Positions 19,211 to 29,384 of a stretch of 64,000 nt of DNA are shown piece by piece (position 1 is the stretch's first letter; each line of letters opens with the position of its first letter). The notes beneath the pieces are model-generated. The model was not told the DNA's origin. It saw nothing but the letters and a program-made list of their open reading frames with translations, and did not search any database. The DNA comes from a virus (taxonomy: Duplodnaviria > Caudoviricetes): IMG/VR virus record IMGVR_UViG_2772190672_000001, positions 1 to 64,000 of that record. One strand, written 5' to 3'. The translations under genes were made by a program, and so were the position numbers.

Positions 19211-21139
19211 TCAGCCTTGCGTGGTGGTGTGGATCGTCGCGTCCGACGTCCAGCTGTTGATCGTGATGGTCCCGGCGATGACCCGGACCGCGACGAAGTA
19301 GTGCAGTGCCAAGGTGGACGAGGCCGGCTTGCCGAAACCGGCCTCCGAGACGCTGCCGGCGTAGCGCTCACGCCGGGCAGACCCGAACGCCGTCAGCACG
19401 CCCTCGATGGGCCGGGTCTGGAGGGCGCCGCCGTCCTCCTGGTAGATGTAGCCGAGTTCGAACGTCGCGGTCGAGCTGGCGCTGACGTCGATGGAGGCGT
19501 GGACGTGTGACGTGTACGACCACTGGCGGCACTGGTTGCCGAGGAAGTTCGCGGGGACATCGAACGCGACCACGGCCGGGTTGCCGCCGGGCGTGAGGAT
19601 CGCCCAGCCGCCAGTGGGCCCGATGTTGGAGACCACCGGGTTCATGTGCTCCTGGTAGAGGTGGTCGGCTGCCGTGTAGTGCTCGGGCGGCGTCCACAGC
19701 GAGCCCGTGTTCGGGTCGCACTTCAGCGTCGAGTACTGGCTGTCGGCGCAGGACCAGGTAGCTGCCCAGGCGGCGGACCCCGCGGCGGGCTTGGCGCGCA
19801 GCGGATTGGCCGCGCTGCCGTCGCCCTGGAGGCCGCAGCCGACCGTGTCCGGCGGCACGTATAGCCGGTTGTCGGCTCCGAACGCCAGCCGGTTGCCCGT
19901 GTCCGATGACGGGGCGACGAGGAGGCCGGACGGGGAGGCTTCGACGCCGTTCTGCTCGGGGGCCACGATGACGTCACCGGAGACGACATACGGGTCCGAG
20001 GCGGTCCCGGTGCCGGTCACCGTGGCGTTCAGCGTCGTGGTGTCGGCGGCCTGGACCACCGTCGCGGCCGGGGCCGGCGTGAAGATCCCACCATCCGTGC
20101 CGATCTTCGTCTGGTTGCCCGCATCACCGCTGATCTTCGCGGCGATCTCGCCGGTGGCCTGGTCGTAGGTGATGCCGTCACCGGCGGTGAAGCACCCCCG
20201 GACGTCCGCGCATTCGAGGTACAGGCCCTCGGGGCCCGACCCGATCAGGTTCGTCCCGCCCTGCGGCGGGGTGGGGTCGAGGATGACCGCCGCGCTCACC
20301 TTGTACGGGTCGGCCGCGCTGCCGGTGCCGTTCACGGTGACGTCCACGGTCGGCGAGTCCTTCGCCTGGACGATGGTCGTCCCGCCGCCGCTCGCCGGCG
20401 GCGCGTACAGGCCACCGTCGCTGCCGAAGGAGACGGAGTTCCCGGCATCTGTCGACAGGCGGGCCTCGACAACGCCGGTCGCCGGGTCGTAGCTCGCGCC
20501 CTCCCCTGCCGAGATGCAGCCGCGCACGTCGGCGCATTCCAGATACAGCCCTTCGGGCCCCGACCCGATCAGGTTCGTACCGCCCTGCGGCGGGGTGGGA
20601 TCGAGGATGACGGCCGCGCCCACCTCGTACGGGTCGGCGGCGGTTCCGGTGCCGGACACCGTGACGTCGACCGTCGTGGAGTCCTGCGCCTGGACGAGGG
20701 GGGAGCCCGCGGGGGTGTAAATCCCGCCGTCGCTGCCGATGCTCGTCTGGTTCCCGGCGTCGGTGGAGACCTTGGCGCCGATCTCGCCGGTAGACGCGTC
20801 GTAGGTCGCGCCATCGGTGGCTGAGAAGCAGGTCCGGACGTCAGCGCACTCGGCGTACACGCCGTTCGGGCCCTCGTGGAGGAGGTTGCTGCCACCACCG
20901 GGCGGCGCGGGGTCGAGGATGACGCTGCCGGTGATCTCGTACGGGTCGCCGGCCGTGCCGGTGCCCGTCAGGTCGAAGTCGATCGTCTCGCTGTCGGTGA
21001 CGGCGATCGCGGTTGCGCCGCCGCCTCCGGCCGCCGAGACGACGTACGGGTTGGCGGCGCTGCCGTTGCCGGTGACGGTCGTTCCCGTCCCAGCGGTGAC
21101 GCGGCAGTTGCAGGGGCTGACGCCGCAGCACTTGCTCAT
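19211..21139 (-). CDS. Repeat-containing fibre protein
   Basis: Three ~105-aa repeats (DSxTVD..GTG...DPY...ILDP..ECADVR.C..AGN); N-terminal MSKCCG. Confidence 0.75.
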   Translation of the reverse strand: MSKCCGVSPCNCRVTAGTGTTVTGNGSAANPYVVSAAGGGGATAIAVTDSETIDFDLTGTGTAGDPYEITGSVILDPAPPGGGSNLLHEGPNGVYAECADVRTCFSATDGATYDASTGEIGAKVSTDAGNQTSIGSDGGIYTPAGSPLVQAQDSTTVDVTVSGTGTAADPYEVGAAVILDPTPPQGGTNLIGSGPEGLYLECADVRGCISAGEGASYDPATGVVEARLSTDAGNSVSFGSDGGLYAPPASGGGTTIVQAKDSPTVDVTVNGTGSAADPYKVSAAVILDPTPPQGGTNLIGSGPEGLYLECADVRGCFTAGDGITYDQATGEIAAKISGDAGNQTKIGTDGGIFTPAPAATVVQAADTTTLNATVTGTGTASDPYVVSGDVIVAPEQNGVEASPSGLLVAPSSDTGNRLAFGADNRLYVPPDTVGCGLQGDGSAANPLRAKPAAGSAAWAATWSCADSQYSTLKCDPNTGSLWTPPEHYTAADHLYQEHMNPVVSNIGPTGGWAILTPGGNPAVVAFDVPANFLGNQCRQWSYTSHVHASIDVSASSTATFELGYIYQEDGGALQTRPIEGVLTAFGSARRERYAGSVSEAGFGKPASSTLALHYFVAVRVIAGTITINSWTSDATIHTTTQG

Positions 21140-21173
21140 GGGGCGCTCCTGGCTCGATGCGAGGGAGGAGACG

Positions 21174-21208
21174 CCCGGCCCACAACCAGCGGCGACATAG
21201 CGAGTTTA
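21174..21208 (-). promoter_or_regulatory. Late motif copy 7
   Basis: 21-mer 21174-21194; TAAACT 21203-21208. Confidence 0.7.
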
Positions 21209-21225
21209 GGTGGTTACGGCCGCCG

Positions 21226-21531
21226 CTACGGGGCGACAGCGTGCGCGTGAACGGTGATCCCGGCAGCGGGCGCGCCGACCGCGAGGACGCCGATGCCGAG
21301 CAGGGTCACGCCGGCCGCGACGAGAACGTTGACCGTGGTCGACGCCGCGGTGTTCGCGGTGATCGCGTGGGAGCGGAACGCCGTGCCTCCCTGGACGCCG
21401 ATGGTGACGACCGGCGGAGCGGCGAACGCGCCAGCGGGCCAGTTGAAGACCGCGTTGCCATTGGCGTCCGTCACCACGGTCTGGCGCTCCACTCGGGGCG
21501 CAGGCGCCGTGTAGCCGCCGGTGGTGGCCAT
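21226..21531 (-). CDS. Small beta-rich virion protein
   Basis: ATG 21531 coupled by TGATG; similar to 4607-5053. Confidence 0.6.
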   Translation of the reverse strand: MATTGGYTAPAPRVERQTVVTDANGNAVFNWPAGAFAAPPVVTIGVQGGTAFRSHAITANTAASTTVNVLVAAGVTLLGIGVLAVGAPAAGITVHAHAVAP

Positions 21532-22013
21532 CAGATCTCGCGCGTGGACAGGACGATGAAGTCCGCCCCTGCGACGCCGGTGACCACGAAGGCGTCGGCG
21601 AGCTTCTCGCCGTTCTTGCCGCCCTGGTCGACGGACCAGGTGCCCGTGCTGCCGGCCGGGAAGGCGACGGCCGGGTCCCCGCCGATGGCCACGGTGGGGG
21701 CGCCGGCGAACACGAGGAGCGTCACCGACCTCGCCCCCGCGGCGATGGTGACGGTGCCCGCGCCGGTCTGCCTCTGCGCCTTGCTGTCGATCTGCGGGTT
21801 CGGGTTGGTGCCGCACCGTACGACGCTGCCGTTCGGCGCGTACGGCGTGGTTCCGTCCAGCGCAGTGTCCGACACGGACGGGGCGCCGGTGCCGCTGGTG
21901 GTGTAGTGCCGCAGGAACGGCGTGCTCGTGCCGTCGGCCTGGACGTCGCACAGGATCTCGTACTCGGCATCGGCCGCGGCTGCTGCCGAGACGCTTCCGC
22001 TGGTTCCGGACAT
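21531..22013 (-). CDS. Short paralog of the Cys-repeat proteins
   Basis: One LCDVQADGTSTPFLR...LDGTTPY repeat plus a SVTL.V....TWSV.Q end domain shared with 25368-29384 and 29381-32509. Confidence 0.7.
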   Translation of the reverse strand: MSGTSGSVSAAAAADAEYEILCDVQADGTSTPFLRHYTTSGTGAPSVSDTALDGTTPYAPNGSVVRCGTNPNPQIDSKAQRQTGAGTVTIAAGARSVTLLVFAGAPTVAIGGDPAVAFPAGSTGTWSVDQGGKNGEKLADAFVVTGVAGADFIVLSTREI

Positions 22014-22040
22014 GGGGAGACCTCCGAGAGGGGTGAGGGG

Positions 22041-22511
22041 TTACGCGACGCGCGCGTATCGCAGGGTGGTGCGTTGGAGCGTGTCGGAGCCGATCCCGGC
22101 AACCTCGGTGGTGCCCGCGATGTCGGTTCGGGCGGCTTCGAGCCGGATCGTCCTCGGTGAAGTGGGTTTGTACTCGACGCTGATCGCGGCGGAGCTGTTC
22201 CACTGCAAGGCGGTCGCGGCACCCGTGGCGAACTCGGCGATCTGTACGACGATGGCCTGGCTGTCGGGGACGATGGCGCCCGCGGTGACGTCCCACAGTC
22301 GGGCGGTGATGAGCGCGTTCTCGCCCGTGCTCATCCTGCCGATGTTTCCCCGGACGACCGCGTCGAGGTGGTAGGTGCCAGCCGCGGGCAGCGCGAGGGA
22401 CAGCCCGAGATCAACCCATGCGCCGGAAGCGGCCGACGTGAGGTCGACGCCTGCCGGTAGGGCAGCGAAGCCGCTACCGCCTGTATCGATACTGGCGGCG
22501 GTTCCGGTCAT
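22041..22511 (-). CDS. Adhesin-like paralog 5 (head domain only)
   Basis: LPAAGTY, ARLWDVTAGA.VP, PRTIRLE motifs. Confidence 0.7.
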   Translation of the reverse strand: MTGTAASIDTGGSGFAALPAGVDLTSAASGAWVDLGLSLALPAAGTYHLDAVVRGNIGRMSTGENALITARLWDVTAGAIVPDSQAIVVQIAEFATGAATALQWNSSAAISVEYKPTSPRTIRLEAARTDIAGTTEVAGIGSDTLQRTTLRYARVA

Positions 22512-23140
22512 GCTGGGCTGTCTCCTTCCGGGGCGACCCAGTGGGCCGAGATGTATGTGCGGCCGTCGCCGTTGCTGACCACCGCGGCGCTGCCGGACGT
22601 GCCGAGGCGGTAGGCGCCGAGGCCCACCGTGTCCCCGGCGGCGAACGTGTGCATGAACTGCCGCGAGCCCGTCGCCTGGATCTGCTTGCCCTGGTCGCCT
22701 GCCGCCTCGCTGTGGTAGATGACCATGGCCTCTGTGCCGGGCACGAGGGCCCCGTTCTTGTACATGCCGACCACGACGCCTGTGTCGGTGGCCGCCGCGC
22801 CGGGCGCTGGGAGCGACGCGACACCGCGCACCTGGAAGTTGACCTCCCATACGCCGGCGCGCGGGATGGTCAGCAAAGGCACCTCGGGCACGGTCTCCCA
22901 CGCCCGGAGTGCCCCGGTGAGCGTGTGGAGGAAGTTGAGCGTGCCGTTTTGCACCCATGCCGCGTCCACGCCGATCCGCCACACCTGCGGGCAGGCCCCT
23001 GCGGCCGGTGGCGTGACGGTGAGGCCCGGGTCCACCTGGATCAGCACGCCCGGCACCAGGAGGCCGCTGGCCGAAGCGGTCAGCGCGTTGCACGGAGCAG
23101 GATCGGGCCGGGTGCCGATACCGGCTGCCGTTCCAGTCAT
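22508..23140 (-). CDS. Adhesin-like paralog 4
   Basis: DPAPCNALT..ASGLLVP...GACP..W N-module; IP.AGVW head. Confidence 0.7.
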   Translation of the reverse strand: MTGTAAGIGTRPDPAPCNALTASASGLLVPGVLIQVDPGLTVTPPAAGACPQVWRIGVDAAWVQNGTLNFLHTLTGALRAWETVPEVPLLTIPRAGVWEVNFQVRGVASLPAPGAAATDTGVVVGMYKNGALVPGTEAMVIYHSEAAGDQGKQIQATGSRQFMHTFAAGDTVGLGAYRLGTSGSAAVVSNGDGRTYISAHWVAPEGDSPA

Positions 23141-23829
23141 CAGTCGCTCACCTTCTGCCAGAGAATTCCCTGCTGGGGAATGCCGCCGGTCAGGTAGTGC
23201 TGGAGGTTGGCGTTGGCGAGCGTGCTCCCGTCGCCGGTGGCCCGCAGGGCTCGGATCTCGAACGTGGTCGGGGCGGCGATGGTGACGAACCCTTCGCAGA
23301 CCGCGTTCCCGCCGATGCTCTTGAGGCCGGTGTCCGAGTTCACCGTGCCGGGCTCGTCGTGGAGGAGCACCCACCGCGGGCTGCCGGGTACGAAGGCATT
23401 CGTCGTGGTGTTGACCCACAGGGCCGAGATGGACGCGATGTGCCTGCCGCTGAAGTTCCAGGTGGCGATGCCGAACAGGTGGGCGGTGAGCCGGTAGACG
23501 CCCGGCTCGGGCAACAGCACCTGACTGAACGGCAACACCACCTGCTGCCCCTGAGCCGACGTCCGCAGGTCCGCCATGCCGGCGTTCCGGGTCCCGAACA
23601 CTGGCGTGAGCCGCGCCCCAACCGTCCAGTTCGCCGGACACGCCCCGGTGGCCGGGGGTGTCACGTCCACGTCGACGGACCGCTCGGTGCCGACCGCCGT
23701 TCCGGGGGCGATGCCCGTGACCTCGGTGCGCGGCGTGAGGAGGCCGCTCGCGGTCTGCGACAGGCTGTTGCACGCTGCCGGGTCCAGCTTCGGGTCGATG
23801 CGGTACGTACGCCCGCAGGCCCCGGCCAT
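23140..23829 (-). CDS. Adhesin-like paralog 3
   Basis: MAGACG; same N-module; LPEPGVY; ends KVSD. Confidence 0.7.
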   Translation of the reverse strand: MAGACGRTYRIDPKLDPAACNSLSQTASGLLTPRTEVTGIAPGTAVGTERSVDVDVTPPATGACPANWTVGARLTPVFGTRNAGMADLRTSAQGQQVVLPFSQVLLPEPGVYRLTAHLFGIATWNFSGRHIASISALWVNTTTNAFVPGSPRWVLLHDEPGTVNSDTGLKSIGGNAVCEGFVTIAAPTTFEIRALRATGDGSTLANANLQHYLTGGIPQQGILWQKVSD

Positions 23830-24476
23830 CAGTCGGCCACCTTCTTGAAGCGGAAGTTCTGTGCCCAGACGGCTTCTCCGCTCGTGGTCCCGCTGTCGAC
23901 GTGCTTCAGGCCCTCGACTCGAATCGTTCTCGGCCCTGCCACCTGGTACAGCGCCGAGGCCGAGGCCGTGGCTTGAAGCGTGTGGACGCTGGCGGCGGGT
24001 GTCGCGGCGAATAGCAGGATGGTCCGCGTGGTGAGCGGGATGACGGCGTTGGCGGTGACGTCGAAGATCCGCGCCTGGATGATCGCGTTGGAGACGCTGC
24101 CGTTCATGATCACGCCGCCTTGACAGTCGGCGATCACTTCGTAGACGCCCGCCTCCGGAAGCGTCAACTGCGCCCCGGTGACGGGAATCCACGTGTCGAA
24201 CGGGGAACCTTGAATGCCGACAGCGCCGGACGTCTGCCCGCTCACCGGAGTGAGCCGGCCGCCGACCTGCCATGTCTCCGGGCACGCCCCGGCGGCGGGC
24301 GGCGTGACGTCGATGTCGACCGAGCGTTGCACCGACACCGCGCCGCCGGGGGCGACGCCCTGAAGGACGGTGTGCGGCACGAGGAGCCCGCCTGCCGTGC
24401 GGGTGAGGGCGTTGCACGGCGCAGGGTCCAGGGGCGCGTCGACGCGGTACGTACGACCGCAGCAGCTACCGGCCAT
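23829..24476 (-). CDS. Adhesin-like paralog 2
   Basis: MAGSCCG; same N-module; LPEAGVY; ends KVAD. Confidence 0.7.
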   Translation of the reverse strand: MAGSCCGRTYRVDAPLDPAPCNALTRTAGGLLVPHTVLQGVAPGGAVSVQRSVDIDVTPPAAGACPETWQVGGRLTPVSGQTSGAVGIQGSPFDTWIPVTGAQLTLPEAGVYEVIADCQGGVIMNGSVSNAIIQARIFDVTANAVIPLTTRTILLFAATPAASVHTLQATASASALYQVAGPRTIRVEGLKHVDSGTTSGEAVWAQNFRFKKVAD

Positions 24477-25126
24477 CAGTCGCTCACCTTCACGAAACCG
24501 AGGCGTGGGCTTCCGAGGACCGCCTGGGTGGAGTCGTTGAAGCCGACGTATTGCCGCAGGCCTTCCACGCGGATCGTCGTCGGCCCGGTGACGGTGAGGA
24601 AGGTGCTGAGGCTGCCAGCGTTCTGCAGCGACATGACCGTGCCACCGCCGGGATCGTTGATGTTGCCGAACTGGATGCGCCGGTTGGTGCCGGGCACGGG
24701 TGCCCCTGCGGTGACGTTGAACAGGCGGGCGTTGATCGCCACCGCCCACGGCGTGGTCGCGTTGATGTGGGAGTAGAAGTCGGCGGACAGGGCGTACGTC
24801 CCGGCCTCGGGAAGCACGGCCTGGGCGCTGGTCGCCACCCAGGTTCCGGAGGCCACGGCTTGCAGGTTCGCATCTGCTCCGAACACTTCACCGCTGACGG
24901 GGGTGAGGCGCGCCCCGACTGTCCAGGTCGCCGGGCAGGCGCCGGCGGCCGGCGCCTGTACGTCGACGTCGACCGAGCGGGTCGCCGAGACCGCGCCACC
25001 GGGGGCGATTCCGGCGACCTCGGCGTGTGGGACGAGGAGCCCGGCCGCCGCCTGTGTGAGCGCGTTGCACGGTGCCGGGTCCAGGCGCGGGACGACCCGG
25101 GCGGACCCGCAGCAGCTCCCCGCCAT
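24476..25126 (-). CDS. Adhesin-like paralog 1
   Basis: MAGSCCG; same N-module; LPEAGTY; ends KVSD. Confidence 0.7.
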   Translation of the reverse strand: MAGSCCGSARVVPRLDPAPCNALTQAAAGLLVPHAEVAGIAPGGAVSATRSVDVDVQAPAAGACPATWTVGARLTPVSGEVFGADANLQAVASGTWVATSAQAVLPEAGTYALSADFYSHINATTPWAVAINARLFNVTAGAPVPGTNRRIQFGNINDPGGGTVMSLQNAGSLSTFLTVTGPTTIRVEGLRQYVGFNDSTQAVLGSPRLGFVKVSD

Positions 25127-25326
25127 CAGTCACCTTCCGGGGCGGTGGGGAGCGGCGAGGCGAAGACGTCCGGCAGGCTCGCGAGGTAGGCAGCCTCGTC
25201 CACCTCCGTGTAGCCGAGCTCCAGGTACGGGGCGTCGTCACGCAGGTTGTAGACGACCTGCACGCCCTCGCCCTCCTTCGTGAAGTAGCGCGGGCCGGGC
25301 GTGGCCTCGGTCTTGTCGTCGCTCAT
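25126..25326 (-). CDS. Small acidic protein (paralog of 18930-19196); alternative start 25368
   Basis: AGGAGG RBS; RYFT...YTEVDEAAY. Confidence 0.6.
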   Translation of the reverse strand: MSDDKTEATPGPRYFTKEGEGVQVVYNLRDDAPYLELGYTEVDEAAYLASLPDVFASPLPTAPEGD

Positions 25327-25367
25327 CAGCGCCTCCTGGTCGGCGGTCTGGGGAAGGGGGACGGCCA

Positions 25368-28300
25368 TCAGCGGTACGTCCAGTTCAGGAGGTAGCTCGC
25401 TGCGGCCGTTGCCCCGGCGAAGGAGGCCGCGGCGAGGGCGGTGTCACTGTCCTGGGCGACGGACCACGTCATCGTGACCCCGGCCGGGACCGGGACGGCC
25501 GCGCCGTCCGACATGGTGACGTTGACCGCGCCGGCGAGCACGGTGAGGCTGACGCTCTGGACGCCGGGGAAGCTGCTCGCGATGTTTTGCGCCGCGGTTC
25601 CGGTCACCGCCCGTACGCCGGTGCTCAGCGGCCTCGGCAGCAGCTCTGCCGCAGTGCAGTCGACTGGCGCGGCCGGCGTGTACGGCTGGGTGAGGTCACC
25701 GTCGAGGAAGGTACCCAGCAGGGTCGGGGCGGCGCCGTTGCACGGGTCGACGGCCCACAGCTCGGTGTACTGGACGTCGCCGACGCCGTCGCCGGTGGTG
25801 TCATCGCAGCCGCACCGTTCCACCACCTGCTTGGCGCACGACTTGCTGCTGCCTGCCTCTCCGCCGCACGGCGCCAGGTGCCAGCCCTCCGGGATGGCGT
25901 CCTGACGCGCCCCGTCCTCGTCCAGGTAGTAGATCGTGCCGTCGCAGCAGATCATCCGCGTCCACGAGCGGGTCTCGGGAATGACCTCGTACGTGACCTT
26001 GAGGTGCACCATCAGGCCGGAGCCGCCGCCGACGGTCTCCTCCACGTCGAGGTAGAGGAAGTTCCGCCCGGCCTGGGCGCCCGGGATGGTGGCGGGACCG
26101 AAGGTGTACGTCGTCCCGTTGTGCGTGGCCGTCGCCGGGAGGCTCTGCCAGGCACCGCCGTTGAGCCGGAACGCCCTGCCGATCTGGTCGGCGTTGAGTA
26201 CGGTGGCCTGAATCTTGATCGTCGCGGGGTCGGCGTTGTCCGGCAGGTCGAAGAACGCGCGCGGGAACCAGTGGGCGTTGAGGAGCGACGGCCCCTCATT
26301 CGGCCTGGCCGGGCTCGACTGCGCCGAGGCGCCGGACGGGTGCGGCGAGACCCACCAGGCGGGGCGGGCGGTGTCGGAGTCCACGACCGACCAGGCCGTC
26401 GAGTACTGGAACTCGTACATGTCGTACCAGGGCGGGTTGGCCACGCTCAGGTTCGGCGTCCACTTCCACACCGGATCCACCGAGTTGTCGTTGAGGTGAC
26501 CCTCATTCGAGATGAACTCGACGCTCTGGGTGGTGTCCTGCTGGATGCAGACCTGGACCGGCTGGCAGCAGTCGTCATCGCACGTGACGGTCGCGTTCGC
26601 CGGGAGCGGCGCCCGTGTGTCCGCGTCAACGGTGGTGATGGCGCCCTCGCAGTCCGCCAGCTTGAGCGCCGTCCACGGCACCGTTTCGGCGACGACGCCG
26701 CACAGCCGCTCCATGTGCGGGGTCGGCGGGTCAGCGAAGTTCGTCGTCGTGACGGCCAGCCGGACCGGCGTGGAGAACTCGATCCTGAAGCGGTCCCCCG
26801 GGCTCACGGCTACCTGTGTGCCCTGGTTGATCACGCCGTCACCGGCAAGCACGCGCAGCGTGACCGTGACGCCGTTGAACGTGGCCGTGCCGACGTAGGG
26901 CGGGGGCGTCGGCGTCGGGGAGGCCGGCATGGCCGGCGTGAAGGCGGCGAAGGAGATAGCGCCGCCGAGGTCCGGGCTGGTGAACCCCATGTCGGACGGG
27001 GTGCCCGTGCTCGACTGGTAGGTGCCTTCCCAGGAGGTGACGCGGTCGCCGAAGGTGTATGTCGGGTTCGTGGCGGTGCCGAGCCAGCAGTCTGGGAAGC
27101 CGGTGTTGGCCGTGTCGAAGCCGGTCATGGTGTCGGGCAGGGAGTAGACGCACTCGCCCATGACCGTTGTGTCGCACTGTCGCGGTTCGGACGAGTCGCA
27201 CACCCCGGCGGTCCCGGCCACCGTGTAGGGGGTGATGCCGTCCAGGAGGGTGTCCGTGACGGTGGCGGTGCCGTCACAGGAGCGGCAGATCTGCCGCAGG
27301 AACGGGCCTCCGGGCACCACGGACACGGCGCCGGCCCAGTAGGTGAAGAACGTCCCGCACGAGGCGATGCGGCTGTTTGCTGCCGGGGCGGTGGTGAACG
27401 TGGTGACCGGGCCGGCGGTACGGAACCGGGCGCTGCTCGCGATCCGCGGGTCCGTGACGTACGAGCACGGGTCGATCGGTGCGGCGTCCGAGGTGCGGGT
27501 GAGGACTCCGGTGGTCTCGTCGTAGGTGTAGCCGTCCGGCAGGCTCACGACGTCCAGCCCTGGCGGGAGCTGCGCGTGGCTGATCGTCGGGTCCGGCGCG
27601 AAGTAGCGGACGTACACGGAGAATTCGACGGTCGAGGGCCGGGAGAACGTCCACTTCGTCGGCGCGGTGACGGAGTGGGGGAAGGAGTGCAGCCCCCACC
27701 AGGAGCCGTCTGTGTTGCTGAGGTTGGCCGCCATCGCCGTGTTGTTCGTGGCGCCGGTGGACGTCCAGCCGACGCCGTTGGACAGGGTGCCGGATGCGGC
27801 GGTCCCGCTGATGGTGACGGGTGCGCCGGTGGGCAGGTCGCACAGCACCAGCGTTTCGCAGTCCTTGCACGGCTTGGGCTGACAGACGCCCACGGTGCCC
27901 GTCGGGGTGTACGGGGCGGAGCCGTTGAGAACGTAGTCGGCATGGCCGGTGACAGTGCCAGCCACGTCGCGCTGGTAATCCCGAAGGAACGTCGTCACGC
28001 TGCCGTCCGCCTGGACGTCACACAGGACCGTCAGATCGCGCTCCGGCTGCGGCACGGGCTGGCAGTCGCCCACGGTGCCGGTCGGCGTGTAGGGAGAGCC
28101 GTCCAGGAGGTAGTCGGAGTGCCCGACGATGGCGCCTGTCTCGTCCCGCCGGTAGTCGCGCACCATCTGGGTGACAGTGCCGTCTGCGGCCGTGTCGCAG
28201 AGCTGGACGACGTCCTGTTCCGGCTGCTCGACGCCGACCGGGCAGGTGGTGACGGTTCCGGTCGGCGTGTAGGTGGCGCCGGTGGTGGCATCGACCAGGC

Positions 28301-29384
28301 GGACGGACGCGATCGTGCCGTCAGCGGCGTAGCTGTACTCGATCAGGACCAGGCCGGCGACTGTGCCGTCCGCCAGGACGTCGCAGAACGTTCCCGAGAC
28401 CTGCACGGACTGGGAGTTGCCGCAGGCGACGGTGCCGACCGGCGGCGCGCCCGCACTGTAGGCGCCGGTCTGGAGGTTGATCCATCCCTCGGAGGTCACC
28501 GTGCCGTTGCAGTCGCGGACGACGGTGACGGCGATCGGAGTGCCGTCCGGCAGGCACAGGCCGATGGTGGCCGTCGGGGTGGTCGGTGAGGCGCAGTCGC
28601 TGACGGGCAGGCAGGCACCGACGGTGCCAGTCGGGGTGTAGGCGGTCGTACCGTCCAGCTGGGTGTCGGTGTGGGTGGTGCCGGTGTCGTCGGTGGCGAA
28701 CGTCCGCAGGAACGGCGTGCTGGTGCCGTTGGCCTGAACGTCGCACAGCAGCTGGGCCGAGCGGTCGGCGGCGACCGGGCAGGGCACGATCGTCGGCGCG
28801 GTCAGCACGGCCCCGGTGGCGAGGTCGACGTAGGTGACGGCTGGGTCGGCGCATGCCTGGCACTTCAGGACCGCCGCGGTGCTGGTGCCGCCCCCGCTGG
28901 CCGTGTAGCAGACGGTGCCGAGGACGACGGGGGTGTCCGGGGCGTCGACAGGGCACGGGGCGGCCGAGGTCGGCGTGTAGGAGCTGGTGAAGTCCCCGGC
29001 GAGGTAGGTGCCCACCAGCTGGGGTGCGCCTCCGTCGCACGGGTCCAGCGACCACACCTCGACGTACTCGGTGTCACCGACGCCGTCACCGGTCGTGTCG
29101 TCGCAGCGGGTCACCTGCGTGACCTGCCGGGCGCAGTCGGCCGGCGGCTGGCACACGGTGAGCGTGCCGGTCGGCGTGTAGGTGGCGCCCGTCGTCGGGT
29201 TGACGATGCGCGTGCTCAGCCGGGCGCCGGTGTTCGCGTCGTAGATGGACTCGACCTGCGCGACCCCGGCGACCGTACCGTCCGGCAGGACGTCGCACAG
29301 GAGCAGCGGCTCGACGTCCACGCGGGCGGTCGGTACGGCGGCCGAGCTGACGATCACGGGCCCCTGCCCGCAGCATCCGCTCAC
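25368..29384 (-). CDS. Large Cys/Thr-rich repeat fibre protein (~1338 aa) with inserted beta-sandwich domains
   Basis: GTG 29384 (MSGCCGQG); many LCD..ADG...YTPTGTV..C repeats; two CDDTTGDG motifs. Confidence 0.75.
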   Translation of the reverse strand: MSGCCGQGPVIVSSAAVPTARVDVEPLLLCDVLPDGTVAGVAQVESIYDANTGARLSTRIVNPTTGATYTPTGTLTVCQPPADCARQVTQVTRCDDTTGDGVGDTEYVEVWSLDPCDGGAPQLVGTYLAGDFTSSYTPTSAAPCPVDAPDTPVVLGTVCYTASGGGTSTAAVLKCQACADPAVTYVDLATGAVLTAPTIVPCPVAADRSAQLLCDVQANGTSTPFLRTFATDDTGTTHTDTQLDGTTAYTPTGTVGACLPVSDCASPTTPTATIGLCLPDGTPIAVTVVRDCNGTVTSEGWINLQTGAYSAGAPPVGTVACGNSQSVQVSGTFCDVLADGTVAGLVLIEYSYAADGTIASVRLVDATTGATYTPTGTVTTCPVGVEQPEQDVVQLCDTAADGTVTQMVRDYRRDETGAIVGHSDYLLDGSPYTPTGTVGDCQPVPQPERDLTVLCDVQADGSVTTFLRDYQRDVAGTVTGHADYVLNGSAPYTPTGTVGVCQPKPCKDCETLVLCDLPTGAPVTISGTAASGTLSNGVGWTSTGATNNTAMAANLSNTDGSWWGLHSFPHSVTAPTKWTFSRPSTVEFSVYVRYFAPDPTISHAQLPPGLDVVSLPDGYTYDETTGVLTRTSDAAPIDPCSYVTDPRIASSARFRTAGPVTTFTTAPAANSRIASCGTFFTYWAGAVSVVPGGPFLRQICRSCDGTATVTDTLLDGITPYTVAGTAGVCDSSEPRQCDTTVMGECVYSLPDTMTGFDTANTGFPDCWLGTATNPTYTFGDRVTSWEGTYQSSTGTPSDMGFTSPDLGGAISFAAFTPAMPASPTPTPPPYVGTATFNGVTVTLRVLAGDGVINQGTQVAVSPGDRFRIEFSTPVRLAVTTTNFADPPTPHMERLCGVVAETVPWTALKLADCEGAITTVDADTRAPLPANATVTCDDDCCQPVQVCIQQDTTQSVEFISNEGHLNDNSVDPVWKWTPNLSVANPPWYDMYEFQYSTAWSVVDSDTARPAWWVSPHPSGASAQSSPARPNEGPSLLNAHWFPRAFFDLPDNADPATIKIQATVLNADQIGRAFRLNGGAWQSLPATATHNGTTYTFGPATIPGAQAGRNFLYLDVEETVGGGSGLMVHLKVTYEVIPETRSWTRMICCDGTIYYLDEDGARQDAIPEGWHLAPCGGEAGSSKSCAKQVVERCGCDDTTGDGVGDVQYTELWAVDPCNGAAPTLLGTFLDGDLTQPYTPAAPVDCTAAELLPRPLSTGVRAVTGTAAQNIASSFPGVQSVSLTVLAGAVNVTMSDGAAVPVPAGVTMTWSVAQDSDTALAAASFAGATAAASYLLNWTYR

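Noticed and set aside
22041-25126. Diversity-generating retroelement or shufflon acting on the paralogs
   Set aside because: No reverse transcriptase or invertase, no adenine-specific template/variable pair, and all copies are co-oriented with their own starts
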